Assembly: GCA_937903135.1 (NCBI GenBank)
Contig: CALDAH010000011.1
Location: forward strand, 1 to 56,795
Reading direction: 5' to 3'
Source: an uncultured Alphaproteobacteria bacterium
GTDB taxonomy: Bacteria > Pseudomonadota > Alphaproteobacteria > Rs-D84
DNA length: 56,795 nt
Part shown: piece by piece, positions 55,064 through 56,795 of the stretch
How the letters are laid out: every line of letters starts with the position of its first letter
How positions within the stretch are numbered: position 1 is the first letter of the stretch
Notes under the pieces: generated by a model
The model's database searches: none
What the model saw: the letters and a program-made list of their open reading frames with translations, nothing else
What the model was told of the DNA's origin: nothing
Made by a program: the position numbers and the translations under genes

Positions 55064-56692
55064 ATGATAAACCCAATTAAATTTTTCATAACATGCAGTA
55101 TTGCCTGTGCAATGCTATCGGGATGCACTAATCGTGACTCGGCCAAGGTTGCCGGATCAGTTGATCAGGATTTTATTAACGCATACGATGCATTTGAAAT
55201 GGCAAAAAATCCCCGCGCCAAGGTTGCAACCGGTGACACCGTATCCATGTCCGAAGGTGTATGGCTGGGAAATAAATCCACTGTTTTGGCGCATCGTAAT
55301 AATCTGCCGGCGCAATTTGAAACAGATACAGGTATTACAATTCTATTAAACGATCCGGTATCACTGCAGGTATTTGCAAATGACATTACGGCCATTACAG
55401 GAATCCCGGTTAAGATCGACAGTCAGGTTAACGCAGAAAAGTTAAAAAAGACTGTGAATATCGCATATACGGGGAAACTATCGGGACTGCTATCCCAGGT
55501 CGCAACGGATCTAGATTTGCTGTGGTATTATGATAAATCTGCGATTGTGTTTTATGAAACCGAAACGAAAACATTTACATTATATGCCCTAGGGACGGAT
55601 ATTTCATACCAAACCGCGGTTCAGACCGATGACGGTAATCAGGTATCTCTGGAGTCTACGTTAAAAGAATGGGACGAGGTTGAAAGTGCAATATCTGCAA
55701 TCATAGGCAAGGCGGATAATGCTGATTTTACCGTATCGCGCAGCCTTGGGACGATTACGGTTACCGCACCGCCATCTGTTTTGGCGCGCGTTGGCGAATA
55801 TATTGGAAAGCAAAATAAACGTTTATCCCAACTGGTTACAATTGACGTAAAGGTATTACAGGTATCAATATCTAATAACTCTGCGTTTGGTTTAAACCTG
55901 GCGGCGGCAATTAATTCATCGTCCGGGTTAAACTTGGTCGCGAATCCTAAAAATAACTTAGCGTCAACCGAGGCCAGTTCAATGAACATCGCTGTTCTGT
56001 CGAATGCTGTATCTGCGATGACCGGGGCGACGCATATTGAAAACGGGAACGTTGTTGACGGCGCATATACCCAGGACCAGATCGCACACGGTTCATTATC
56101 CGGGGCCGCGGGCAGTAACGCATTGATTCAGGCACTGGCCAAGCAGGGTAAGGTATCGCTGGTTACAAACGTCGGTGTAACGACACGTAATAATCGTGTT
56201 GCGCCGGTTAATAATACACGTACAACCGGGTATATTAAACGTTTTGAATCACGTAACTTTACAACCGTTGAATCCAGTACCGTTGATCAGGATGACCTGG
56301 AAACCGGGTTTTCTATGCAGCTGCTGCCGAATGTATTAGAAAACGGTAAGATATTGCTGCTGTTTAGAATGTCCGTTCGTGAATTATTAAAAATGTCCAC
56401 CCAGACCATCGGCGAGGTAACACTGCAGCTGCCCGAGGTAGAAGAACGCAGCTTTATGCAAGAGGTTATTATGGAATCCGGCCAGATGTTAGTTGTATCC
56501 GGGTTTGAAAAACAAAATAATAGCGATATTCGCTATGGCCTTGGTGATCCGGACTTTATGGCGTTGTCGGGATCGCGTGAAACCAATGCAACGCGTGATG
56601 TTTTGGTTGTGATTTTAACCCCACAGGTTTTAATCAGCCCGTTGGATGTTGAACGTTCAATTCAACAGCACTGGGGTGCACCGCTGAATTAG
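55064..56692 (+). CDS. Secretin lipoprotein, PilN/BfpB/TcpC type (type IVb pilus)
   Basis: Lipobox LSGC. The C-terminal secretin domain is GKVSLVTNVGVTTRNNRVAPVN...FSMQLLPNVLENGKILL...MLVVSGFE...VLVVILTPQVL. Confidence 0.75.
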   Translation: MINPIKFFITCSIACAMLSGCTNRDSAKVAGSVDQDFINAYDAFEMAKNPRAKVATGDTVSMSEGVWLGNKSTVLAHRNNLPAQFETDTGITILLNDPVSLQVFANDITAITGIPVKIDSQVNAEKLKKTVNIAYTGKLSGLLSQVATDLDLLWYYDKSAIVFYETETKTFTLYALGTDISYQTAVQTDDGNQVSLESTLKEWDEVESAISAIIGKADNADFTVSRSLGTITVTAPPSVLARVGEYIGKQNKRLSQLVTIDVKVLQVSISNNSAFGLNLAAAINSSSGLNLVANPKNNLASTEASSMNIAVLSNAVSAMTGATHIENGNVVDGAYTQDQIAHGSLSGAAGSNALIQALAKQGKVSLVTNVGVTTRNNRVAPVNNTRTTGYIKRFESRNFTTVESSTVDQDDLETGFSMQLLPNVLENGKILLLFRMSVRELLKMSTQTIGEVTLQLPEVEERSFMQEVIMESGQMLVVSGFEKQNNSDIRYGLGDPDFMALSGSRETNATRDVLVVILTPQVLISPLDVERSIQQHWGAPLN

Positions 56693-56701
56693 CTTTAAAA
56701 T

Positions 56702-56730
56702 ATGCCAGGGAATCCCTGGCATTTTTTTTA
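56702..56730 (+). terminator. Rho-independent terminator after the secretin gene
   Basis: 9-bp stem atgccaggg/ccctggcat with a 3-nt loop, then T8. Confidence 0.75.
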
Positions 56731-56795
56731 TTTTATATCAGGCAATTGCCGGCCAATTAAATAATTGCGTAAATCCAATAAATCCTATATAATCT

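Noticed and set aside
1-56795. A search for CRISPR arrays, rRNA genes, IS elements or transposases, and larger structured RNAs (tmRNA, RNase P, SRP RNA) in the spacers.
   Set aside because: No spaced direct-repeat arrays, no rRNA-like conserved stretches and no transposase-like ORFs were seen. All spacers are under ~230 nt and are accounted for by promoters, terminators, the two tRNAs or the leader ORF.

Overview
This window is mostly housekeeping sequence and looks alphaproteobacterial, probably from a compacted, host-associated genome (inference). The evidence is a Ros/MucR regulator, xerD next to a Cys-rich J-domain gene, gatCAB with GluRS, many 1-4 nt gene overlaps, gene fusions and lost domains. 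Confidently recognised genes are xerD, greA, mutL, yajC-secD-secF, rarA, trmB, gltX, thrS, tatA, tatB-tatC, dksA, trxA, sufS-DUF59-sufE, ftsL-ftsI, recJ, nrnA, lolA, miaB, gatB, gatA, gatC, ruvX, sufB-sufC, tRNA-Lys(CUU) and tRNA-Phe(GAA). I saw no rRNA, CRISPR array, IS element or transposase.

The observations most worth a second look are:
- A perfect 12-unit tetranucleotide tract lies inside an AT-rich singleton gene, leaving its 5' segment one repeat unit out of frame. This looks like a phase-variable contingency locus.
- An 18-codon leader ORF with five consecutive Thr codons sits just upstream of thrS.
- YbeY and Lnt are joined in one in-frame ORF, translationally coupled to a Ros/MucR gene lacking zinc ligands and to a membrane protein with T4-lysozyme-like and TPR regions.
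- A tight four-gene operon of unknowns contains a SUKH-like immunity-type protein and a ribbon-helix-helix protein.
- The gatCAB operon is interrupted by an AT-rich gene of unknown function and by an opposite-strand tRNA.
- Several proteins have lost catalytic or metal-binding residues: the S41 peptidase, a SodC-like lipoprotein, DksA and MucR.
- A type IVb pilus locus (PilL/TcpQ-like protein plus PilN-type lipoprotein secretin) begins at the 3' edge of the window.

All family assignments are motif matches made by eye. None is a database search result.
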